Below, one piece after another: positions 10,513-17,847 of a stretch of DNA of 64,000 bases (position 1 is the stretch's first letter; each line of letters begins with the position of its first letter). Origin of the DNA: Nitrospirota bacterium (GTDB lineage Bacteria > Nitrospirota > Thermodesulfovibrionia > Thermodesulfovibrionales > Dissulfurispiraceae); assembly GCA_963710375.1 (NCBI GenBank), contig CAVPZX010000002.1, forward strand, positions 128,001-192,000. The letters run 5' to 3'. The notes under the pieces were generated by a model, which had not been told where the DNA came from, did not search any database, and saw nothing but the letters and a program-made list of their open reading frames with translations. Both the position numbers and the translations under genes were made by a program.

Positions 10513-11275
10513 ACCACTCGTATCCTTGGTCTTCCCAGTACCCTCCCTTTCCGCCGGCGATCTTAGAGAAGCTTTCGACGATTTCCAGGCGGATAACATA
10601 CTTCGCGTGTTTGTATCCGAGCTGGCGCTCGACCCGTAAGCGTATCGGCGCACCATTGGCGAGAGGAAGATCCGTTCCGTTCAATTCGTACGCCAGAATG
10701 GTTTGCGGGTGGAATGCGTCCTCCATATCTATGCTCTCGTAGTAGGGAGAACTGCCGTCGTCATTCATCGGGTCGGCACAGTGAAAGACGACATAGCGGG
10801 CATTCGGTTTGAGTTGGACCTTTTCGAGCAGGGGCCCTAAACGCGCTCCCTTCCACTTGCCTATGGCGCTCCATCCCTCGACGCAATCGTGCCTCGTTAT
10901 CTGGGTGCGGCTAGGGAGCGCCCGTATCTCGGCGAGAGAAAACATGCCGGGCTTCTCGACCAAACCGTCAACGGCCAATCGATAATCTGCGAACCCGTTC
11001 TTCGCCATCGCCAAGAATGCCGGGTTGCTGGGCACTGAAGTCCCGTTGCTCCTGAACTTATGAGAAGGGTCCGTCTCAGAGAATTCCCGGACCATAGCCT
11101 TTCTTGGCAGAATCAGTCGCTGAGCGCCCAGGGTCATTTTCTCGCCAAAGCCCAGAATGTTGGGAAACCATGTCGTATCCGAAAGCTTCTGACAGCCGGC
11201 CAAGGCCATGGCTCCGACACCGGCAATCATCCGCGCCAGGAGTCCCCTGCGGTCGATCCCTGTTAAGTTACTCAT
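10499..11275 (-). CDS. Tat-exported molybdopterin oxidoreductase, MsrP/YedY-like (sulfite oxidase fold)
   Basis: DRRGLL Tat motif, TRHDCVEGWS Mo-ligand Cys, NGAPIRLRVERQLGYKHAKY, GYWEDQGYEWYAGI. Confidence 0.85.
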   Translation of the reverse strand: MSNLTGIDRRGLLARMIAGVGAMALAGCQKLSDTTWFPNILGFGEKMTLGAQRLILPRKAMVREFSETDPSHKFRSNGTSVPSNPAFLAMAKNGFADYRLAVDGLVEKPGMFSLAEIRALPSRTQITRHDCVEGWSAIGKWKGARLGPLLEKVQLKPNARYVVFHCADPMNDDGSSPYYESIDMEDAFHPQTILAYELNGTDLPLANGAPIRLRVERQLGYKHAKYVIRLEIVESFSKIAGGKGGYWEDQGYEWYAGI

Positions 11276-12110
11276 TATCTGACTCCGGCGGAACTTTGAA
11301 ATACCCTGTAATCATAGATCGAACGTTATTCCAGAATCCATTGACAACGACTTCGAAGACATGGACGAACACGAATGCCACCAATGCCCAGGCGATGAGG
11401 AAATGGAGCGTTCTCATGGACTGCCTGCCTCCGAACAGGCTGACCAAACCGGGAAAGAGCGCGTCCAGAGCTGGTGACATGCCAAGCCCCATCAGGATCA
11501 TCGCGGGGGCCATCAGGAAGATCACGGAAAGATAGGCCATCTTCTGCAGTACATTGTAGCGAGTGGCTTCCTCCCCTTTCGGTCGCCGTAACAGTAGGTG
11601 ATCGACGACCGACCTGCCGATTGAATGCAACTCTTGACGGGTGGGCAATAGGCTCCGGGCGACATGTCGGATGAGCAAGGAGTAAGTCACAAAGGTGAAG
11701 CCATTTACCACCAGTAGCCAGGCAAAGAAAAAATGCCAACGCCGGGCCATGGCAAGCCATTGGACACTTGGTATTGTTATCCACGTCGGAAATCCCAGGT
11801 CTATCATGTCTCCATCCAGGTCCTTGGAAGCCCCTAGGAATCCGGTGGTATCCATTTTATAACCGAAGAGGCTTGTAGTCCCTATAAGTTTACCTTCATT
11901 ATCTTCCGCGCTGCGTATTTCAAGCAGTGGCGGGTTTTTCCCGTATGATGATTCTCCCCAGTAAAGTATCGAGTGTGCATTGAAGATGTTGAGGCCGCTC
12001 ATCAGAAGTACGACTAAGGCCGTGACATTGATCCAGTGCATAAGCCGCACAGGCAGAGGATGGCGGTACTGCATTTTTTTCCCGGGTAAGGTATCGTTCA
12101 GGTCTGCCAC
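11268..12110 (-). CDS. Di-heme cytochrome b membrane partner (Ni/Fe-hydrogenase cyt b-like; MsrQ-equivalent)
   Basis: VRLMHWIN, RRWHFFFAW, YNVLQK, RTLHF, FVHV His ligands; overlaps the oxidoreductase start. Confidence 0.85.
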   Translation of the reverse strand: MADLNDTLPGKKMQYRHPLPVRLMHWINVTALVVLLMSGLNIFNAHSILYWGESSYGKNPPLLEIRSAEDNEGKLIGTTSLFGYKMDTTGFLGASKDLDGDMIDLGFPTWITIPSVQWLAMARRWHFFFAWLLVVNGFTFVTYSLLIRHVARSLLPTRQELHSIGRSVVDHLLLRRPKGEEATRYNVLQKMAYLSVIFLMAPAMILMGLGMSPALDALFPGLVSLFGGRQSMRTLHFLIAWALVAFVFVHVFEVVVNGFWNNVRSMITGYFKVPPESDNE

Positions 12111-12275
12111 TTCAGTTTACCCCTTGCCAATTACCTTGGAATCTATCACACTCTGGAGACTTATTAGTTTCATATTTCAAAGTTTATCATTCTGATGACA
12201 TTATTACAAATTTTGGCAAATTTGGAAACGATCTTTCCAGTAAAGCCATCTGGGCTTTTTCTATAGTTCATCAGT

Positions 12276-12761
12276 CTATCTTTTAAGCATGTTGGGCCAG
12301 TTCTCATCCGCCTTTTTGATATTTCCGGGAATGTCTTTGCTCCACTTGTCTCTTATTTTCTTACTGAGATTGAGGTAAAGCTTGCCGGCGACAATATTCC
12401 ACTCCTCGGGGTCAATATCAGCTGTGGTTCCGACACTTACTGCAAACGCGCAATAACCACCATATTTTGGCGCATACTTCTCAGGGTTCCTGATGAACAG
12501 ATCCCTGTTTTCGGCGCTTGCGAAATGCCATTTTGCACCCATCCAGATATATTCGAATTCTCCGTTTCCACTTACAGGTTTTCCATCAATAAAATAGGCC
12601 ACAGGATCATAACCCTTAACTGCCACCCCGTCAGAAGTTTTGTTGATAGGTTCTATTGCGGATGCGGGGCCTCCCGACTTTCCTGTGCAACCCGAAAAGA
12701 CGATACCGCCGGCTATGAGTCCGGTCAGCAAGAGCGCCAGTAATAAGGTTGTGTATTTCAT
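12276..12761 (-). CDS. YHS-domain lipoprotein (Cys form)
   Basis: Lipobox-like FSGC, GYDPVAYF, YAPKYGGYCAFAV, GKLYLN. Confidence 0.85.
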   Translation of the reverse strand: MKYTTLLLALLLTGLIAGGIVFSGCTGKSGGPASAIEPINKTSDGVAVKGYDPVAYFIDGKPVSGNGEFEYIWMGAKWHFASAENRDLFIRNPEKYAPKYGGYCAFAVSVGTTADIDPEEWNIVAGKLYLNLSKKIRDKWSKDIPGNIKKADENWPNMLKR

Positions 12762-13063
12762 TTAACTGTTCCTGTGTAGGTACCGGCCTTCTTCAAGACC
12801 GTTTCCATTTCGCCAATCGTAATTACTGCCGGATCATAATAAACAGTGTTTATCTCTTTCAAGTAGCGAAAGCCTTTTTCAACTCTCTTCACTCCCTTCA
12901 GCCCTGCCAGGGCCTCCTTGCCGACATCGAATCATTTAACATTAAAGATCACCTTCGATGTTCCAGCATCTTGTGCGAAAGAAACACCATAACATAAAAA
13001 GACAAACAACATCAAAACAAAAAGAGTCAAAGACTGAGTGCTTCGGTTCTTCATATAATTCAT
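12758..13063 (-). CDS. Putative exported selenoprotein, 101 aa with Sec44 (MsrA-core/HMA-like fold); absent from the ORF track
   Basis: Hand translation MNYMKNRSTQSLTLFVLMLFVFLCYGVSFAQDAGTSKVIFNVK-UGA-FDVGKEALAGLKGVKRVEKGFRYLKEINTVYYDPAVITIGEMETVLKKAGTYTGTVK. Has an AAGGGA RBS, a signal peptide and a hairpin downstream of the UGA. The stop overlaps the next ATG (ATGA). Confidence 0.8.
12900..12914 (-). promoter_or_regulatory. Candidate SECIS hairpin
   Basis: GGCCCU-GGC-AGGGCU; loop begins 23 nt after the in-frame UGA at 12934-12932. Confidence 0.6.
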
Positions 13064-13155
13064 AGTTTTCACATCCCTTTATTGTTCACTTTGTTAACTC
13101 TGTCGTCTCTGCCCTTGAAGTAAGAAATCTTGTCTTTGACAAGACTCCGGTTAGC

Positions 13156-13204
13156 AAAAAAACCTATCAAGAGGGCACGTAATTTAGAGTGCCCTCTTGA
13201 TAGG
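13156..13204 (-). terminator. Intrinsic terminator after the Met-rich gene
   Basis: Perfect 16-bp stem CCTATCAAGAGGGCAC/GTGCCCTCTTGATAGG followed by 7 U on the minus strand. Confidence 0.85.
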
Positions 13205-13261
13205 CTGACTATCTAATATTTATTCGTCTACTTAATGTCTTTCTTTTCCATCACCTAACTT

Positions 13262-13588
13262 TTAGTTGTGAGGAAAAGGAAACAATAAGTCACGCATCTG
13301 CTCGCCCGTGTCCATCATCATCTTGCCGCAGTCCATCATTACCTTGGCCTGATTGCACATCATCTCGCCTTCTCGTTTCATTCCCTTTTCCATCATCATT
13401 TTGCCATTGTCCATCATCATCTGGCCCTTTTCCATCATCATCTGGCCATTGTCCATCATCATCTGGCCCTTTTCCATCATCACTTTTTTGTCCATCGTGT
13501 CGGCGGCTGAAACTAATCCGGTGCCTGCGGAAAGCATAAGACAGAAAAGAAATGCTATTGCTGCTATAGAACATACTATTTTCTTCAT
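13262..13588 (-). CDS. Secreted methionine-rich heptad-repeat protein (MrpX-like oxidant scavenger)
   Basis: GGAGAG RBS, signal peptide MKKIV...VSA, repeats MMMEKGQ/MMMDNGQ; about 24 Met in about 80 mature residues. Confidence 0.8.
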   Translation of the reverse strand: MKKIVCSIAAIAFLFCLMLSAGTGLVSAADTMDKKVMMEKGQMMMDNGQMMMEKGQMMMDNGKMMMEKGMKREGEMMCNQAKVMMDCGKMMMDTGEQMRDLLFPFPHN

Positions 13589-13871
13589 GTTGAACTCTCC
13601 TTTTGATTTTTTACGTTGATCAGATTCCCAAAATAATATTACCCTTATGGTCACGCTCCGCACTCTTATTCTGCTTCTTAATGTCCCCCATGTACACTTC
13701 CTTTAATACATAGTCGTTTATCACCTCGCTTTTCAACTTGTTACTGCATGAACTGTAAGCAGCCTAGCCAAACATCAAAAGCTAGTATGATTCCACTTTA
13801 GCTTGCTGCCTATGATGAATTTCACAACTGCGCCGTTTATTGCACGAAGCCCCACGTAACCAATTAGTTAT

Positions 13872-13926
13872 AGGTTAGCAGAAAAAAAATCACGATATCA
13901 TCACGAAAAAATAACAATTTTATCAC
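13872..13926 (-). promoter_or_regulatory. OmpR/PhoB-type 11-bp-period binding boxes plus extended -10 upstream of the Met-rich gene
   Basis: GTGA-N7-GTTA-N7-GTGA-N7-GTGA, then N9-TGcTAACCT on the minus strand. Confidence 0.75.
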
Positions 13927-13985
13927 GGACGAAAAATTGAAAACCGAAGGCTGACTTCTCAGAATTCAACTATTGGAGGTCATGA

Positions 13986-15464
13986 CTAAACCGTATAAAC
14001 CGGCAGGGTGAACGTGAAGGTCGTACCGGCGTTGACCACACTATCGACCTTAATATCACTTCCGTGGAGTTCCAGGATTCTCCTGGTGATGACCAGCCCA
14101 AGCCCCAAACCACCGGTGCCGCCTGCGTAGCTGCGGCCCATTCGATAACTGCGGTCGAATAAATACGGGAAATCCTCCGGCCGGATACCCGCGCCGGTAT
14201 CGGAAACTTGCACCTTTACTCGTCCGCTTTCGAAACCGGCGCTGACGGTAATCGAGCCGTTTTCCGGAGTGTACCTGGCGGCATTTTCGATGAGGTTTTC
14301 GAACACTCTCTCGATGAGTCCAATATCGGCGAACGCCAGCGGAAGGTGTTCAGGGAAGTTCTGTTGAAGCTTGATCTTTTTCTTCTCAGCAGCAAGCTGG
14401 AACTTCTGCATTATGTCCTGGACAAGTTCCGCCAGAGAAAAAGATTCGAGCCTGACCTGGACATCCGGCGAATCAAGTTTAGCCAGTTCAAAGAGTGCGG
14501 TAACCAACTTTCCTAATTGATTGGAACGCTTAATGGCAATTGTGAGAAAGTCCCGTTGCTCCTGCGGCGTCAACTTTCCTTCCTTCAAGAGCAAGGTCTC
14601 AAGGTATCCATGGAGAGACGTCAGAGGCGTTCGGAGGTCGTGTGTGATATTGGCTACTAATTCGCGCCGAAGCGCATCTGCTTGTCTGAGATTCTTTATC
14701 AGCTGAATAATGCGCTCAGCCATCTGAGAGAAGATCGATCCGAGACGGTCAATTTCATCCCCGGAACTGCCCTTAAAGAAAGGCAAAAAATCGGGATTGT
14801 CTGAAAAATCGCTCTGTCTGAAAGTTTCCATGTCAGCGGTAAGACGTTGGAGCCTACGTGTGATCAAGAAGAAGAGGAGAAGTCCAGTTAGTAAGGCAAA
14901 TAACAGGCTCCATGTCACAGCCCATATGCTTAACCGGATGATGTAACTGCCTTGGAGCATCTCTGCGACCGTTTCAAATTCCTCGCTGCCCAGAATGATG
15001 TAAAGATAACCTTGTATTTGATTTTTAACAAAGATTGGCGCCGCGGAGAACACCTTTTTACTTTTTAGGTTACGCGGGTCGTCACCCAGGATGGGAAACG
15101 CATCCGTCTTGTTCAGGAAACTTTTCAGGGGCACCATTGATACCTCCTGCCTTTTTACTTTTCCAAGAGGTGCGGAGAATGCCAGGATTGTGCCGTTTGG
15201 ATTGAGAAGATAGACCTCGATGTTTGGATTAACGATCATCAGCATATGGAAAATATCCTCAAGGGCTTTTTTATTGACCCGACCGTCCTTCATCAAGCTT
15301 GTCTCCGAAGTCAAGTTCTGAGCCAGAGTACGATTGAGCTTCTGGTCCACCTCCTGAAAATACAGCCGGGTGGTGTAGAGAGTGAACAGCATATAAAGGA
15401 TTCCGATCAGACAGAGCAACCCCAGCAGGACAACAGCCAGCTTGCAATAAAGGGTCTTGAACAT
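13986..15464 (-). CDS. Sensor histidine kinase (2 TM, HAMP, HisKA, HATPase)
   Basis: THDLRTPL H-box, NLIENA, DTGAGI, GLGLGL. Confidence 0.92.
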   Translation of the reverse strand: MFKTLYCKLAVVLLGLLCLIGILYMLFTLYTTRLYFQEVDQKLNRTLAQNLTSETSLMKDGRVNKKALEDIFHMLMIVNPNIEVYLLNPNGTILAFSAPLGKVKRQEVSMVPLKSFLNKTDAFPILGDDPRNLKSKKVFSAAPIFVKNQIQGYLYIILGSEEFETVAEMLQGSYIIRLSIWAVTWSLLFALLTGLLLFFLITRRLQRLTADMETFRQSDFSDNPDFLPFFKGSSGDEIDRLGSIFSQMAERIIQLIKNLRQADALRRELVANITHDLRTPLTSLHGYLETLLLKEGKLTPQEQRDFLTIAIKRSNQLGKLVTALFELAKLDSPDVQVRLESFSLAELVQDIMQKFQLAAEKKKIKLQQNFPEHLPLAFADIGLIERVFENLIENAARYTPENGSITVSAGFESGRVKVQVSDTGAGIRPEDFPYLFDRSYRMGRSYAGGTGGLGLGLVITRRILELHGSDIKVDSVVNAGTTFTFTLPVYTV

Positions 15465-15468
15465 AAGA

Positions 15469-16182
15469 CTATTCCTTTTGGAAATCGGAGAACTTGTAAC
15501 CGATCCCCCAGACAGTCAAAATATAACGGGGCTTGGCAGGATCTTTTTCGATTTTTGCCCTTAATCGGTTGATGTGAGAATTCACGGTATGTTCGTAGCC
15601 TTCGTAGCCGTACACCCATACCTGTTTCAACAGTTCCATGCGTGTATATACCCTCCCGGGATGACTGACAAAGTGGAGCAGGAGGTCGAACTCTTTGGCT
15701 GTCAATAGCACCGGATTTCCCGAGAGCGTAACCTTCCGCTTTTCAGCATCTATAATAAGAGCACCTGTCTGAATCAGTTTCTGCGATTCCTGAGATGCCT
15801 CTGACTTAAGCGCCTCCACACGACGGAACAGCGCCTTGACCCGTGCCAGAAATTCGTGAATACTAAAGGGTTTGGTCAGGTAATCGTCTGCTCCGATCTC
15901 CAGGCCGAGTACACGGTCAACTTCAGAAGATCTGGACGACAGTATCAACATGGGGATATAGACAGATCCTGCCCTCACTCTCCGGCAGATCTCCAGCCCA
16001 TCTACCGCCGGGAGCGTAAGATCCAAAATAATCAGATCATAGGGTTCCGTGAGTGCATGGTCGAGACCGACGTCACCATCATAGGCAAGAGTTACTTCAT
16101 ATCCCATATCTTTCAGATGGAGCTCAACAAGATGGGCTATATCATTATCATCTTCAATTACAAGGATTCTGCGATGCTGCAT
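15469..16182 (-). CDS. OmpR-family response regulator (start probably ATG 16182 or 16203)
   Basis: ILVIEDD, LIILD, GADDYLTKPF, wHTH TVNSHINRLRAKIE...TVWGIGYKF. Confidence 0.92.
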   Translation of the reverse strand: MQHRRILVIEDDNDIAHLVELHLKDMGYEVTLAYDGDVGLDHALTEPYDLIILDLTLPAVDGLEICRRVRAGSVYIPMLILSSRSSEVDRVLGLEIGADDYLTKPFSIHEFLARVKALFRRVEALKSEASQESQKLIQTGALIIDAEKRKVTLSGNPVLLTAKEFDLLLHFVSHPGRVYTRMELLKQVWVYGYEGYEHTVNSHINRLRAKIEKDPAKPRYILTVWGIGYKFSDFQKE

Positions 16183-16264
16183 TTTTGCTCCATGAGCATT
16201 CATGCTGTCGTGATTTATATAAGCATAACATAATGGCATATCCCTAAATTGACATGAAACATCC

Positions 16265-16319
16265 GTGACCAAAAAGTTATCTTTCCGTGATAATTTTGTG
16301 ACTATCGAAATGTTATACT
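16265..16319 (+). promoter_or_regulatory. OmpR/PhoB-type 11-bp-period binding boxes plus extended -10 upstream of msrA
   Basis: GTGA(16265) GTTA(16276) GTGA(16287) GTGA(16298), then N9-TGtTATACT. Confidence 0.75.
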
Positions 16320-16328
16320 ACATAACAA

Positions 16329-17132
16329 TTGGTTAATGTCAAGTCCATTATTGCTTTTATAGTTCTTTGGGGGGTTGCAATAAGCGCTGCGACTCTTGTC
16401 TCTCTTGGAGGGGGTAAAAGTATGTCCATGCAACATAACGATACAGAGGCCTTTGTAGCTCAGCCACCCACAGGTCCATCTCTTACCGGTTCATTCGAAA
16501 CGGCTACCTTCGCCCTTGGCTGATTCTGGGGACCGGACTCCCAGTTTGGGAGTGTACCGGGGGTTGTCAGAACCCGAGTAGGATATGCCGGTGGAACTAC
16601 TAAAAATCCCACTTATCACAACTTGGGAGATCACTCCGAGGCGGTTCAAATTGATTTTAATCCCGCTCTCGTCTCATATAGGGAGCTGTTGGATATCTTT
16701 TGGAAGAGCCACAGCGCGACAAGCGGTTCCGGGTCTCGCCAATATAGGGCAGCAGTGTTTTATCACAACGAAAGACAGAGGAAACTTGCCGAAGAATCCC
16801 GAGATCATCTCGGAACGGAAACAGGACGCAGGATTGTGACAGCGATAGAGACCTATTCCGGGTTCCATTTGGCCGAGGACTACCACCAGAAGCACAGTCT
16901 GCGATTATTCCCCGAACTGATGGAGGAATTGAAAGCGCTTTATCCGGACATGAATAATTTTCTAAATTCTGTTGCCGTCACACGAATCAACGGTTACCTT
17001 GGAGGATACGGCACGTGCGACGCTCTCCAAATGGAAGTAGAGAGTTTCGGGCTTTCACCAAAGGCAAGAGAAAGATTGATTTCCGTTGTATGTGGCCGCA
17101 AAGCTTCAGTTACGTGTCCGATCCGGCAATAA
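16329..17132 (+). CDS. msrA: Selenocysteine-containing peptide methionine sulfoxide reductase A
   Basis: ORFs 16329..16523 and 16623..17132 are one frame joined by UGA 16521-16523 in the catalytic motif: ATFALG-U-FWG...GYAGG...PTY...DHSEAV...QYRAAVF...AEDYHQKH. Confidence 0.92.
16524..16562 (+). promoter_or_regulatory. SECIS element of msrA
   Basis: ACUCCCA-GUU-UGGGAGU 7-bp stem with a G-first loop 20 nt after the UGA; lower stem UUCUGG/CCGGGG. Confidence 0.8.
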
Positions 17133-17341
17133 ATCCGTTTCCACTTATTATTTTTTATTCCTTTCCTTCATCAAATCCCTTTGGCTAATCGAATTTTAAC
17201 GGGTTTCGCGGTAATCGTTTGATGATATAGGAGGCGCGCATTGACATGTGGTAAAATGATGCAGGGCAGGTCAGCTGTTGTAGTCAGTATTTTTGTTTAT
17301 AAGTAAGGATGTCAATCGTAATATCGGAGAGGAGATGGCAT

Positions 17342-17527
17342 ATGGCTGATCAAGACGATTTATTGGATATTCGTAAAATAATAGAGGAAGGGCATACGCG
17401 TCCGTGCGCTTGTCGGCAAATTTTAGGGGACGGGACCTGTGAATGCAAAATGGGCGTGGTCAGCCCTGTTAAACTCGCACGTGATATCACCGCTATGGAA
17501 ATATCCTATGGCAAAGAAGAATCATAA
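17342..17527 (+). CDS. Small hypothetical protein with CxC...CxC motif
   Basis: GAGGAG RBS before ATG 17342; HTRPCAC...GTCEC. Confidence 0.5.
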   Translation: MADQDDLLDIRKIIEEGHTRPCACRQILGDGTCECKMGVVSPVKLARDITAMEISYGKEES

Positions 17528-17847
17528 TTGGTTAGGACAGATTAATGATACTGAGTTCATCTTCTAAACCAGAGCAGCACATTGTAAAGAATATCTTTTT
17601 GCGCACCGCTACTTGACCTGTCGGACAAAGAGTCAACTACGGCATTTATAGCCGCTAAGTGTGATTTTAAAAATGATCTTGAGAGTATCAATTTCTGGTT
17701 GAAGGAAAGATATCAAAATTATTCCTTACCCCGCAAGTCGAGAAGCATTAAATCACGAGACTGCCGAAGATTTCCGATGTAATATTGTTAAAACTGATAT
17801 TGGTGATGACCATTGATAAAACTATTTCTCCGTGTTAGCATTGGGCT

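Noticed and set aside
12749..12997. 82-aa plus-strand ORF in the track
   Set aside because: Antisense shadow of the UGA-containing minus-strand gene, which has an RBS, a signal peptide and a coupled stop
13290..13574. Asp-rich alternative-frame ORF (DDDG repeats) and antisense Ile-rich ORF 13353..13619
   Set aside because: These are shadows of the ATG-rich repeat; the Met frame has the RBS and signal peptide
16585..16839. 84-aa ORF inside msrA
   Set aside because: Out-of-frame overlap with conserved MsrA motifs
17600..17781. Start-less reading frame ...FIAAKCDFKNDLESINFWLKERY... vaguely like an integrase N-terminal fragment
   Set aside because: Too short and too weak to support without an HMM search
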